Shown piece after piece: positions 28,873 to 40,877 of a stretch of 64,000 nt of DNA. Position 1 is the first letter of the stretch; every line of letters starts with the position of its first letter. A program made the position numbers and the translations under genes. Origin of the DNA: Gemmatimonadota bacterium (GTDB lineage: Bacteria > Gemmatimonadota > Gemmatimonadetes > Gemmatimonadales > GWC2-71-9); the NCBI GenBank assembly GCA_039588295.1, contig JBDHAB010000018.1, forward strand, positions 25,701 through 89,700. Direction: 5' to 3'. The notes under the pieces are model-generated. The model was not told the DNA's origin and searched no databases. It was given only the letters and a program-made list of their open reading frames with translations.

Positions 28873-29928
28873 GTGTCCAAGTCACTGCTTCCGAAGGACC
28901 GCATCCCTTGGCGTCACATCGCGCTCTTCGGCTGGCTCCCGAGCCCGCTCAAGGTCCTGGCCTACCGGCTGTTTCTCGGGTACCGCATTGGCCGCGGGGT
29001 CCGGTTCAGTTTCGGCGGCGTCGTGGTCGGCAAGGAAGTGCAATTGGGCGACCACGTGGAGATCGGCTTCCTCGCAGTCGTCCGCGGCCGGCGAGTCTCG
29101 ATTGGCCGACACTCGAGTGTTGGCACCTTCAGCTACGTCTCGTGTGAGGTGATCGAGATCGGAGAGGACGCCAAGATCCGGGAGCAGGTTTTCGTGGGAG
29201 GGCCTCAGCTTCCCGAGTCCAAGTTCACGCTCGGGGATCGCACTATCGTGCTCCAGATGGCGTTCATCAACCCAACCAAGCCCGTGACGATCGGCGACGA
29301 CACCGGGATTGGCGGCCACTGCTTGATCTTCACCCACGGTGCGTGGCTGAATCAGTTGGATGGATATCCGGTTACCTACCAGTCCGTCACGCTCGGCAAG
29401 AGCGTGTGGCTGCCGTGGCGGGTGTTCCTGATGCCCGGCACGACGATCGGCGATGGCTCGGTGATCGGGGCCAACTCGCTGGTCTCGGGCGAGATTCCTC
29501 CGTACAGCCTCGCGGTCGGGAGCCCGGCCAAGGTCATCAAGAGCGCACCGGACTTCCCTCGACGACTTACGGACGAAGACCGGGCGCGGTACGTGGCGAA
29601 GATGGTGGCGGAGTTCGAGCGTTTGGTGGAGCACGGTGGATACCACGTCGCGGAGGCGGATGGATTCCGCCTCTACGAGCGTGGCGGCACCCGGTGGCGC
29701 CTCGCATGGCGACGAACCGGCACCGAACCCTCGGGACAACCCGCGCGCGGAGACACCGTCCTCTCCGAGGTTCCACTCTCTGACGCGGAGACCGAACGGT
29801 ATCGACGAGACGGCGTCTACTGGCTCGACCTGGCGGGCCGCTCGCGAAGCCGAGCAGGGTCTCCTTTGACGGAGGAACTGGTCGCATTCCTCGGGCGCTT
29901 CGGGATCCGCTTACCGCGGGACGGGTGA
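28873..29928 (+). CDS. Hexapeptide-repeat (left-handed beta-helix) acyltransferase
   Basis: Repeated IG/LG hexapeptides, IFTH, TIGDGSVIGANSLV, GSPAKVIK; extra ~120-aa C-terminal domain. Confidence 0.85.
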   Translation: MSKSLLPKDRIPWRHIALFGWLPSPLKVLAYRLFLGYRIGRGVRFSFGGVVVGKEVQLGDHVEIGFLAVVRGRRVSIGRHSSVGTFSYVSCEVIEIGEDAKIREQVFVGGPQLPESKFTLGDRTIVLQMAFINPTKPVTIGDDTGIGGHCLIFTHGAWLNQLDGYPVTYQSVTLGKSVWLPWRVFLMPGTTIGDGSVIGANSLVSGEIPPYSLAVGSPAKVIKSAPDFPRRLTDEDRARYVAKMVAEFERLVEHGGYHVAEADGFRLYERGGTRWRLAWRRTGTEPSGQPARGDTVLSEVPLSDAETERYRRDGVYWLDLAGRSRSRAGSPLTEELVAFLGRFGIRLPRDG

Positions 29929-29969
29929 GCGAGGGGCGCGGCGCCCACCTTCCTGATACGCTGAGCGGC

Positions 29970-31481
29970 CTACCAGGCCAACACGTCCACCCATCCGGCC
30001 TCGTTGGCCACCACGACCGTCTTGCCGTCGCTGCTGAAGTCGATCCGGCGCGGACTGCCACCGGTGTCGATCACACCGAGCGTTGCGCGGCTGGTCCGAT
30101 CCACGACCACCACGGCCCCGCGGGACGGCACGCCTGCGACGAGGTGCAAACCGTCTGGCGACAGCGCGATGTCGAAGACCCCGTGATCGAGGGAAACCGA
30201 TTCCGTGACCGTTCCCGACGCCACGCTCAGGATCGCGATGCGCGACCCGCTCTCGTCGGCTACGTAAAGCTCGGCCCCATCGGCGGCGATAGCGAGTCCT
30301 TGCGGCGCGCCACCAACAACAAGCGTGCGGAGCACCGTCAGCGAGCTGGTGGAAACCTCATGCACCGTTCCACTAAACGCCGCCGATACGTAGGCCAGGG
30401 GTTGAGACGGATGGAACACGACGTCGTTCGGGGCCCAGCCCACGGGTATTCGCTCTACCACCGTCATGGTTCCCACGTCGATGACCGCTACGTCGTCCGC
30501 GTTGGTGGTCACAAACAGTCGCAGGTCACCAGGCTCCACACTGACGGTGAACGGATCTGCTGAGACAGGTACGGTCGCCGTCTGGGTCGCCGTCGCGACG
30601 TCGATGAAGCCGACATTCTGGCTGTGCTGATTCGTCACGTAGGCCTTGGTACCGATCGAGTTGAACGCGACTCCCGTCGCGGTGAAGCCTACCGTCGGTC
30701 CATCGGCGAACGCGTACGAAGGGAGTTGCGTCGTACCCAATGCCGTCACATCGAGTCTGGCGACGTACACGAGATCGGATAGCGAAACTGCCACGCCGAA
30801 CGGTCGGGCGCTCAACGACGGACTCGCAACGATGGCGTTAACCGCCACCACCGCAGCCGCGGAAAGCGCCTCGTAGCGCGCAACGATTCGTGTAGATCCG
30901 TGGATCCCGACAGCTGTGATGACGCCGAGCGACGACACGTTCACCAACAACGAGTCCTCGCTCTCAAAGGTGATGGGAATGCCCGGCACGGAATCCCCAT
31001 TGAGATCGACCGCTACTGCGACGAGTTGGGTACTCTCCCCGCGGCGCAACACGACCGACGCCGGAGACAACTGGATGGTCTGCGGTGGTGGCTGGACGAC
31101 GACGGGAATGGCGCGCTGTGGACCGTCCGGCACCCGCGCGGTGATCGCTGCCGTGTCGGCGCGCGTGGCCTCAGCGGTTACCACACCTCCGGGCGTGACG
31201 GTGGCCACGGTCGTGTCGCTCGTGAAGTACTCGACGGGAGTGCCCGGGAGGTGTCGGCCTTGTTGGTCGAGCACCCGAACGGTGAGCGCCAGAAATTCAC
31301 CCGGCTCGAGCAGGAGGGACTCGGGGAGGACTTCTAATGATGTGGGCCGAGCCGGTGCGAGCCCATCGCTTGAGCACGCAACCCAGCCCACCACCCCTAC
31401 GGCCACCAGTACCTCGAGGAATCGCCGGGCTGGGACCATCTGCCACGTGGCCATTCGCGGCCTCCTCTCCTCCCCCCGCAT
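29970..31481 (-). CDS. Putative lipoprotein with two Ig-like (Big_2-type) domains and a YncE/YVTN beta-propeller
   Basis: Lipobox-like WVA-C; SD..VATV..GVVTA repeated twice; KAYVTN, LFVTT, AYVSA, LYVAD blades. Exact start uncertain. Confidence 0.8.
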   Translation of the reverse strand: MRGEERRPRMATWQMVPARRFLEVLVAVGVVGWVACSSDGLAPARPTSLEVLPESLLLEPGEFLALTVRVLDQQGRHLPGTPVEYFTSDTTVATVTPGGVVTAEATRADTAAITARVPDGPQRAIPVVVQPPPQTIQLSPASVVLRRGESTQLVAVAVDLNGDSVPGIPITFESEDSLLVNVSSLGVITAVGIHGSTRIVARYEALSAAAVVAVNAIVASPSLSARPFGVAVSLSDLVYVARLDVTALGTTQLPSYAFADGPTVGFTATGVAFNSIGTKAYVTNQHSQNVGFIDVATATQTATVPVSADPFTVSVEPGDLRLFVTTNADDVAVIDVGTMTVVERIPVGWAPNDVVFHPSQPLAYVSAAFSGTVHEVSTSSLTVLRTLVVGGAPQGLAIAADGAELYVADESGSRIAILSVASGTVTESVSLDHGVFDIALSPDGLHLVAGVPSRGAVVVVDRTSRATLGVIDTGGSPRRIDFSSDGKTVVVANEAGWVDVLAW

Positions 31482-31556
31482 GCCACCCTGCCCCAGTGTC
31501 CCCAGCTGCGAATGTACGGGCGCAGAAAGAACCCCTGCAAGAACGCTGCGGTCGGC

Positions 31557-32516
31557 CTACTGTTCCCGTCGCAACTCGCCCAGCAGGTCCTCGAGAGTGC
31601 GATTCAGTGCCCGCAATTCCTCGCGTGCTCCGGCGACGATCTCACCGACGAAGCCAAAACCGAAGAGTGCCACGCCGGTGATCACCAGCACCATGACCAG
31701 GTCGAGGAGCGGGCGGAATCCAATGTTATATCCGAACCGCAGGATCAGTGCGACGACACCGACGAGCAGGCCGATCGCGAACAGAATCCCACCGGACAGG
31801 CCGAAGAACAGAAGAGGCTTGCGCCCGAAGCGCAGCTGGAACCAGACGGACATGAGATCGATCACTCCGACCGGGATTCGACCCAGCCCGAACTTGGATT
31901 TGCCTGCCTCACGCGGCATCAGCGTTACCGGGCGTTCGGAAACGCGAAACCCGTCAGCCGCCGCGATCACGACCATGAACCGGTGCCAATCCGGCCGTGC
32001 AGGCACGACACCCATCACTTCTCGTCGATACGCTTTGACGGCGTTCAGATCGCTCACCCGGATGCCAAAGAGCAGCCGACAGAGACGGTTGTAGACCCCG
32101 GACACGAACGCCTTTTGGTACTCGCCCTGCTTCGTACCGGTCACGATGTCCGCCTCGCCCGCCCGAATGGGCTCGACAAGCTGCGGAATGTCGGATGGGA
32201 GAAACTGCAGGTCGGCAGGATAGAACACGAAGATCGAACCACTCGCGAGCTCACCGGCCGTCCGCAATGCGTCGGCGATTCCGCGCCGAGACCGATGCCG
32301 TGCTGCTCGAAGAAATGGATACTGTGCCCGGAGGTCTCGCAACACGGTCGGCGTGTCGTCCTGACTGCCGTCATCCACTACGACCACTTCACACGCGTAG
32401 GGTAGGTCGCGGAGCGTTTCGGCACACTGGCGCACGAATTCGGGGAGACTCTCACTCTCGTCCGCTGCGGGTACGAGGACACTGAGTTCCGCCGTCTCCC
32501 CCGCGGCCCAGGTCAT
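31557..32516 (-). CDS. Glycosyltransferase family 2, ArnC/GtrB-like with two C-terminal TM helices
   Basis: VDDGSQD, ADLQ, HRF, R.AGKSKF and two C-terminal TM segments; start overlaps the rpoN stop. Confidence 0.88.
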   Translation of the reverse strand: MTWAAGETAELSVLVPAADESESLPEFVRQCAETLRDLPYACEVVVVDDGSQDDTPTVLRDLRAQYPFLRAARHRSRRGIADALRTAGELASGSIFVFYPADLQFLPSDIPQLVEPIRAGEADIVTGTKQGEYQKAFVSGVYNRLCRLLFGIRVSDLNAVKAYRREVMGVVPARPDWHRFMVVIAAADGFRVSERPVTLMPREAGKSKFGLGRIPVGVIDLMSVWFQLRFGRKPLLFFGLSGGILFAIGLLVGVVALILRFGYNIGFRPLLDLVMVLVITGVALFGFGFVGEIVAGAREELRALNRTLEDLLGELRREQ

Positions 32517-33985
32517 ACGCGTTTGCGCATCCGCGCCGGCAAAATGCCGAGCTGCTCTCGATACTTGGCGACCGTACGACGCGCGATTTGGATGCCGCGC
32601 CGCTTCAGGGCGCTCACGATGGCAGCGTCCGTCATCGGTCGCGCGGCATCCTCCTCCGCGACCAGCTTACTGATCTGGGCTTTGACCGCACGCGAGCTCG
32701 CGTCTTCTCCAGTGGTCGTACTCACGCTGCTGGAGAAGAAGAACTTGAGCGGATACACGCCGCGGGGTGTCTGCACGTACTTCCGACTCGTGACACGACT
32801 CACCGTCGACTCGTGGAGGTCCAGCACCTCCGCCACTTCACGCAACGTCAGCGGGCGCAGATACTCGACGCCCTTCTCGAAGAACTCCCGCTGACGGTCT
32901 ACGATGAAATGCATGACCTTGAGCATCGTTTGCCGCCGTTGCTCGATCGCCTGAATCAACCAGCTCGCACTGTTCAGCTTCTGCGTGATGAACTCACGGT
33001 TCTCGCCGACAAAGCGTGACTTGTCCCTCGCGAGGTCGCGGTAGACCTTGCTGATCCGCAGGCGCGGCATGCCACCATCATTGAGCGAGATACGATAATC
33101 CCCATCCGGATTGTCGACCACGAGGTCGGGCACGACGTACTCATCGGCCTTCCCCGCAAAACGCAATCCCGGTTTCGGATCCAGCCGGGCGAGTTCGTCC
33201 GCGGCGTTTTGAACATCCTTCGGCGCGAGGCCGTAGCGTTTGGCGAGTTCCGTCCAGCGGTGCCCGATGAGGTCGTCGAACGCTTCGCTGACGAGTCGGT
33301 AGACGAGTGTCTCCTGCTGACCCTCGTCCTCCAACTGCAGCAACAAACACTCGCGTAGATCGCGGGCCCCGACGCCCGCAGGGTCGAGGCGCTGGATCAC
33401 CGCGAGCATCGCAACCGCCTCTTCGAGGGTGAAGGGCTCGTCGAGCGGTCCGGGCGTCCCGGGCTCCTCGTCCTTGCGCGACGTCGCCGCCGCCCGTGCT
33501 AACTCTTCCTCACGGCGCTCATCCGCGCCGGCGAGAATCTCCTCGAGCGACGCGCGGAGATAGCCGTCTTCCGCCGTATTGCCGATGAACTCTTCGCCCA
33601 GAAACAGCTGCCGCTCCGTGATTGTCAGCAGCTGAAGCTGGCTCCGCAGATGATCGCTGAGGTCTGAGATCTCCACGGCCACGGGTTCGTAGTATTCCTT
33701 ATGTTCATACTCCTGGCGGGCTCCCCCGACCGAGAAACCATCGAGGAGGATGTCCTCCCAGTCTACCTCGTCCTTCTCCTCCGCAGATTCCGTCTCCTTG
33801 CTGTCCGTCACGTCCGAGTCATCACCCTCGGCCAACTCGAGGAACGGATTGATCTCGAATTCCGTTTTGAGGTGCTGCTGGAGATCGAGCAACGGCATGT
33901 ACAGCAAATCCATCGCCTGGTACAGGCGGGGATTCATCCTCAGTTCCTGCTTGAGAATCGGGCTCTGTTGCAGGGACGTCTTCAT
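32513..33985 (-). CDS. rpoN: RNA polymerase sigma-54 factor
   Basis: Q/L-rich region I, DPAGVGARDLRECL, HESTVSRV, RpoN box ARRTVAKYRE. Confidence 0.97.
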   Translation of the reverse strand: MKTSLQQSPILKQELRMNPRLYQAMDLLYMPLLDLQQHLKTEFEINPFLELAEGDDSDVTDSKETESAEEKDEVDWEDILLDGFSVGGARQEYEHKEYYEPVAVEISDLSDHLRSQLQLLTITERQLFLGEEFIGNTAEDGYLRASLEEILAGADERREEELARAAATSRKDEEPGTPGPLDEPFTLEEAVAMLAVIQRLDPAGVGARDLRECLLLQLEDEGQQETLVYRLVSEAFDDLIGHRWTELAKRYGLAPKDVQNAADELARLDPKPGLRFAGKADEYVVPDLVVDNPDGDYRISLNDGGMPRLRISKVYRDLARDKSRFVGENREFITQKLNSASWLIQAIEQRRQTMLKVMHFIVDRQREFFEKGVEYLRPLTLREVAEVLDLHESTVSRVTSRKYVQTPRGVYPLKFFFSSSVSTTTGEDASSRAVKAQISKLVAEEDAARPMTDAAIVSALKRRGIQIARRTVAKYREQLGILPARMRKRV

Positions 33986-35160
33986 GCCACGGCTCCCAAC
34001 CGTTCGCGCAACCGGCTCGTGAGCGTCGGTCCGAGGTAGAGATCGGCCACCTGTTCGTTGAACACTAGCTCACGCACGGTCCCGGCCACCTCGACCTTAC
34101 CCTCGAACATGATGTATGCTCGATCTACGATGTCCAGGGTCTGCTCGACGTTGTGATCCGTAATCAATACCCCGATACCACGACGTCTGAGCCCCGCGAC
34201 GATCGTCTGAATGTCGCTCACCGCGATGGGATCCACGCCCGTGAACGGCTCATCGAGCAGCAGAAACTTGGGTTCGGTCACGAGCGCGCGTGTAATCTCG
34301 AGCCTGCGGCGCTCACCACCCGACAGCTTGAACGCGCGGGTCTTCCGCAGGTGCGATATCGAGAGGTCATCGAGCAACGACTCGAGACGCGCACGACGCT
34401 GCTTGTCCGGGATTGGGAGCGACTCGAGGATCGCCATCACGTTGTCTTCGACCGTGAGCTTTCGGAAGACCGACGGTTCCTGGGCGAGGTACCCGATACC
34501 CCGGCGGGCACGTTTGTACATCGGAAGCGTCGAGATGTCCTCGTCATCGAGATAGATTCGGCCCAATTCCGGGCGCACGAGGCCAACGATCATGTAGAAG
34601 GTGGTCGTCTTGCCAGCTCCGTTCGGCCCCAGCAATCCCACGATCTCTCCTTCGCGAACCTCAAGATCGACTTCGTTGACCACGCGCCTGCGCCGATACG
34701 TTTTGACGAGCCCCCGGGCACCGAGCGTTCGTTCTCCCAACGGCACCGGCTCACCGACGCTTTCTGTTGCTCGCACGGCCTCCACCGCGAGCTCGATCAG
34801 TTGGCGACGCTGCGCCTCCTTCTCCACAACCAGGCCCGACCACACGTCCGGTGCAAACGCGATGGGGGTCGCGTCCAGCAGCGGATCCGGCACCGGCTGC
34901 ACGATGCTCTCTCCCTCAATCCGCGGCAACACCGACGTCTTGAGGTGACGTCGCACCTCGTCCACCGACAGCGCGCCGCGTTGTCGGGCAGCTTCACCCC
35001 ACTCGATCCGCTGGACCTCGAGATAGTGCTCACGATAGGCCACGGCCAGATCGCCGAAGCTCGCCGCACCATCGTCGCCCGCCGCCTGGAGCAACGCCGC
35101 AACGGCGATCGGGAGCGAGGGATCCTTCCCGGTCAGCGCGATCTGCAGACGCTCAATCAA
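33982..35160 (-). CDS. lptB: LPS export ABC transporter ATPase LptB with ~140-aa N-terminal extension
   Basis: GPNGAGKTT, GIGYLAQEPSVFRKL, LSGGERRR, LLDEPF.GVDP, TDHNV; TTG start overlaps the upstream stop. Confidence 0.93.
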   Translation of the reverse strand: MIERLQIALTGKDPSLPIAVAALLQAAGDDGAASFGDLAVAYREHYLEVQRIEWGEAARQRGALSVDEVRRHLKTSVLPRIEGESIVQPVPDPLLDATPIAFAPDVWSGLVVEKEAQRRQLIELAVEAVRATESVGEPVPLGERTLGARGLVKTYRRRRVVNEVDLEVREGEIVGLLGPNGAGKTTTFYMIVGLVRPELGRIYLDDEDISTLPMYKRARRGIGYLAQEPSVFRKLTVEDNVMAILESLPIPDKQRRARLESLLDDLSISHLRKTRAFKLSGGERRRLEITRALVTEPKFLLLDEPFTGVDPIAVSDIQTIVAGLRRRGIGVLITDHNVEQTLDIVDRAYIMFEGKVEVAGTVRELVFNEQVADLYLGPTLTSRLRERLGAVA

Positions 35161-36425
35161 GGACGGCGCCTCCCGACTGGCTCCAAGTACACGCCATCGG
35201 CCTGTTCGACAATATTCACCCGATCCAACTCCTCATTCTCGAACCACGCCGTGATGCGCTTTCCCCGAGCATAGTTGATGGCCGGCGGCCCCACCTCGCC
35301 CTCTTGCGCGTAGACATGATAGAGCGCCTGCGCGTTGCCGTGCGCTTGCAGCATCACGAGTACCCGCCTTCCGGTCTCCGAGCTGTCGAACCGTGCCACC
35401 AGCGTATCACCCCCGATCCAATCCGCACCAGCCGACAAGGAATCCGTCGCTGACGTCGCCCTCGTAGCGCCAAACGCGCGCACTTCGGCGAGCAGCTGGT
35501 CCGGCGCATCGATCGCCAATGAATCTCCTTCAATCGTCTGCGATGCCGACACCGCCCGCGCACGCGTGGAATCACCCCACACGGCTCCACCCTGCAGCCG
35601 GTCATGTGCGATGTTGAACTCGATGGTGTCCCCCCGTGCCTCCCACTCAGCGCTGGTCGCTTCCGCCTGCCGCTGCGCTTGTACCCAGTGGAGCTCGCCG
35701 TCGAGCAGGCGAAAGGCAATGCGCTTCCCGCGAATCGTGTATCCCGTGGAATCCCGTCCCGCCGCCTCCGCATTGCCTATCAGCAGGCCCTCACCGACGT
35801 CCATATTCAGGGCGGCACTGTCACCGCGTGCCGCGAAGTCTTCCCGATCGATGGTCACCGCTCCACCGGCCCACGCCAACCCGTCACCTTTCAGACGCAC
35901 GCGATCGCCGTTGATGACATAGGGCTCCTCCTGCGGAGCTTCCCGCCGCCGATATTCCACCATCGGCCGCTCGGTCGCGTACAGCTCCGACGTGTCCCGA
36001 ATCCCAGGCGCAATCCGGTAATAGGTGAGATTGGTGCCGGTCAGCACCGACCCCGTGCTTTCGTCCACCAACCGAACGTTCCCGAGAGCGTTCAGGCGCT
36101 CCACGTTTGGGAAGTACCGCGCCCGGTCCGACTCCAGCCGAGTGGTCGAATCCCGAAACCGCACAACACCCTCGAAGTCCATCCGCCCAAGATCCTGATA
36201 CCACGCTACGCTATCGGCGCGAATGGTCGTGGGTTGCCCGATGCACCGGGCCAACACCCCACCGCTCCAGAACGCGCGAAAGCGCCCGGTTCCCACTCGG
36301 ATCCGCCGGACCGCACCACCTTCAACGAGCTCGGGCCGGCACGAGCCGCCGATCTGTGCCGTGCCTGGCTCGGGGGTCGCAGCCACCACCATTAGCATCA
36401 CAACGCCAGCCACGAGTCGCCGCAC
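35157..36425 (-). CDS. Long OstA/LptA-like beta-jellyroll periplasmic protein
   Basis: Signal peptide, repeated beta-strand units (ADSV, A.GNV, GDTI); lies between lptC and lptB. Confidence 0.75.
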   Translation of the reverse strand: MRRLVAGVVMLMVVAATPEPGTAQIGGSCRPELVEGGAVRRIRVGTGRFRAFWSGGVLARCIGQPTTIRADSVAWYQDLGRMDFEGVVRFRDSTTRLESDRARYFPNVERLNALGNVRLVDESTGSVLTGTNLTYYRIAPGIRDTSELYATERPMVEYRRREAPQEEPYVINGDRVRLKGDGLAWAGGAVTIDREDFAARGDSAALNMDVGEGLLIGNAEAAGRDSTGYTIRGKRIAFRLLDGELHWVQAQRQAEATSAEWEARGDTIEFNIAHDRLQGGAVWGDSTRARAVSASQTIEGDSLAIDAPDQLLAEVRAFGATRATSATDSLSAGADWIGGDTLVARFDSSETGRRVLVMLQAHGNAQALYHVYAQEGEVGPPAINYARGKRITAWFENEELDRVNIVEQADGVYLEPVGRRRP

Positions 36426-36429
36426 GACG

Positions 36430-36966
36430 TCACCGCTCCGGCGCTTCGGAGATGCGGCCGCTGCGCGGCCCGAGTGCCGTCACGACAGCGAAATCCGGGT
36501 CGGCAGTGAAGCCGTCACCCTCGAGATGGCTGTCGGGCGAGTCAAACACAAATGGTTCCGTTCCAGAGATCTGGGCACTCACACGATCATACCGAAGGAT
36601 CGACGTCGTCAGGCGCCGACCGTCGGGCGTCTCGGCAACCACGTCCCCGCGCGCCTCCATGTCCCCGGTTCGCCATTGATACGTACCCTCCAGCGAGCGC
36701 ACCGTCGATGAGAGCCGCCCCTCCGACGAGTAGAACTCGACCTTCACCCCGATCAGGTCCGCACTCTGGGATGTCTGATAGAAGTACACGGTGTCCGAGA
36801 ACAGCTTGATGCGGAGCAAACCATCGATCGTGACGTTGTGCGTGACGCCGAACCCAATCTGGTCTGCCGTATCCGGCGCGCTCACCGTCGCCGCGGGAGG
36901 CCCTCCCCGGCCACATGCCGACACCCCAACGAGGACGCCGAGCACCACGAGGCTATTCGGACGCAC
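36430..36966 (-). CDS. lptC: LPS export protein LptC (lipoprotein-like signal)
   Basis: VGVSA-C, V.FY, A.GDVV, L.T..L.YD, G.GF.AD; position between kdsC and lptA. Start approximate. Confidence 0.8.
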   Translation of the reverse strand: MRPNSLVVLGVLVGVSACGRGGPPAATVSAPDTADQIGFGVTHNVTIDGLLRIKLFSDTVYFYQTSQSADLIGVKVEFYSSEGRLSSTVRSLEGTYQWRTGDMEARGDVVAETPDGRRLTTSILRYDRVSAQISGTEPFVFDSPDSHLEGDGFTADPDFAVVTALGPRSGRISEAPER

Positions 36967-37525
36967 GCCGCGCCTCGGCGGAAGCCGGTTCACGCTCGCG
37001 CAAGTACTGTTCGACCGCCTGGACCCACTCTCCTCGCGCACCGAGTAGGTCCTCCACGAACTCGCGCACCGCGCCGTGTCCGCCTACCGCCTTGGTCGCA
37101 TAGCGAGCGACGGCGCGAACCTCTGGCACGGCGTTGGACACCGTCGCCGGGAGCGCGACGCGCTTCAACACCGGCAGGTCCGGAAGGTCATCACCGACAA
37201 ACGCCGCCTCGTCCATTCGCAAACCGTACTTGTCCAGAATGGCCTCGAACGGTGACAGCTTGTGGGCGGTATCGTCCTGGATGATCTCGTCGACCCCGAG
37301 CTCGGTGGCATGCAGCGTCGTTGCAGGCGAAACCCGACCACTCACGAGCACGACGCGGATCCCCATTGCCCGGAGCAGCTTGATCGCCACTTTGTCTTGC
37401 ACGTCGAAGCGCTTGAGTTCCACGGGCTGGCCGCTGGCGGATCCGATGTACACGCTGCCGTCGGTGAGCACACCGTCTACGTCAAGACCCACGATCCGGA
37501 TGCGCCTCGCCGTCAGCGGGTCCAC
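36953..37525 (-). CDS. kdsC: KDO 8-phosphate phosphatase
   Basis: DVDGVLTDG, SGR, K, GDDLPD, GGHGAVRE (HAD IIIA). Confidence 0.93.
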   Translation of the reverse strand: MDPLTARRIRIVGLDVDGVLTDGSVYIGSASGQPVELKRFDVQDKVAIKLLRAMGIRVVLVSGRVSPATTLHATELGVDEIIQDDTAHKLSPFEAILDKYGLRMDEAAFVGDDLPDLPVLKRVALPATVSNAVPEVRAVARYATKAVGGHGAVREFVEDLLGARGEWVQAVEQYLREREPASAEARRASE

Positions 37526-38337
37526 GTCGCCGCACCCTCTGCATGGGCCGCATGCCACACCGTGACAGCGCGGTCGATCAGTGCTTCCAGGTCGTCCAGC
37601 GGCCAGATCGATGCGGCATCACTCCCCGATTCCGCCGGGCGAGGATGCGTCTCCAGGAAGAACCCGTCCGCACCGGCCGCTGCCGCCGCGCTGAGGAGAT
37701 GGGGCGTCTCCTCTCGACTTCCTCCACTCGTTCCGGCCGCCCCCCGCCCGGGCTGCTGCACGGCGTGCGTTGCGTCGAACAACACGGGGGTGCCGATCGT
37801 CGTTCGCATTCGACGGAAGCTCCGCATGTCGACCACCAGATCACCGTAGCCGAAGAACGTTCCCCGCTCCGTCACCGCGACATGTTCTCCTCCGGCGCCC
37901 TGCACTTTCGCCACGGCACCCGCCATCGCCTCGGGCGTCATCCACTGACCTTTCTTGATGTTCACCGGCTTGCCGACGCGACCCACCGCTTCGAGCAGAT
38001 CCGTCTGCCGACACAGGAACGCAGGGATCTGGAGCGCATCCACCACCGCCGCTGCTTGCTCGACCTGCCACACCTCATGCACGTCCGTCAGCACGGGCAG
38101 TCCCGTTTCGTCTCGCACTCGGCGGAGCGCTGCGAGACCGCGGTCGATGCCGGGTCCCCGCGGAGCGTGCGGCACCGAACGATTGGCTTTGTCAAAGCTC
38201 GCCTTGAAGATGACGCGCAGCCCGAACTTCGACGAGAGATCGGTTAGGCGGGCCGCGATCGCCAGGTTCACCGCATCCCGATCGGCGACGCATGGACCTG
38301 CCACCAGCAGGGGCCGCGGCGACCAAAACGCGGTCAT
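37513..38337 (-). CDS. kdsA: KDO 8-phosphate synthase (metal-dependent-type residues)
   Basis: AGPCV, KASFDKANRS, QIPAFLCRQTD, NIKKGQ, ERG, DATH, ETHP, SD. Confidence 0.95.
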   Translation of the reverse strand: MTAFWSPRPLLVAGPCVADRDAVNLAIAARLTDLSSKFGLRVIFKASFDKANRSVPHAPRGPGIDRGLAALRRVRDETGLPVLTDVHEVWQVEQAAAVVDALQIPAFLCRQTDLLEAVGRVGKPVNIKKGQWMTPEAMAGAVAKVQGAGGEHVAVTERGTFFGYGDLVVDMRSFRRMRTTIGTPVLFDATHAVQQPGRGAAGTSGGSREETPHLLSAAAAAGADGFFLETHPRPAESGSDAASIWPLDDLEALIDRAVTVWHAAHAEGAATWTR

Positions 38338-38338
38338 T

Positions 38339-40725
<2,387 letters not shown>

Positions 40726-40730
40726 GGCCA

Positions 40731-40771
40731 AAGGTAACACCGGGCGGGCATTGATGTCAAAAGTCGTGCCA
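40731..40771 (-). promoter_or_regulatory. Sigma70 promoter of the kdsB..rpoN operon overlapped by a sigma54-like -24/-12 element
   Basis: Minus strand: TTGACA (40755-40760)-N18-TACCTT (40731-40736, TGn-extended); TGGCACGACTTTTGA (40757-40771) overlaps the -35. Confidence 0.6.
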
Positions 40772-40877
40772 CACTGACGAGGCGCGCTAACCAGATGGGG
40801 CGCAAGGGGTAAGGTCAACCTGCCGAGGTCGGCAGGGCCGCCGGCACAGTCCGCGGAACCGGCCGGGCGCCGGCCCC

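Noticed and set aside
40819..40836. Hairpin CCTGCCGA-GG-TCGGCAGG after xerD as a terminator or REP element
   Set aside because: Only two T residues follow on the coding strand and no second copy was seen; support is too weak to call.
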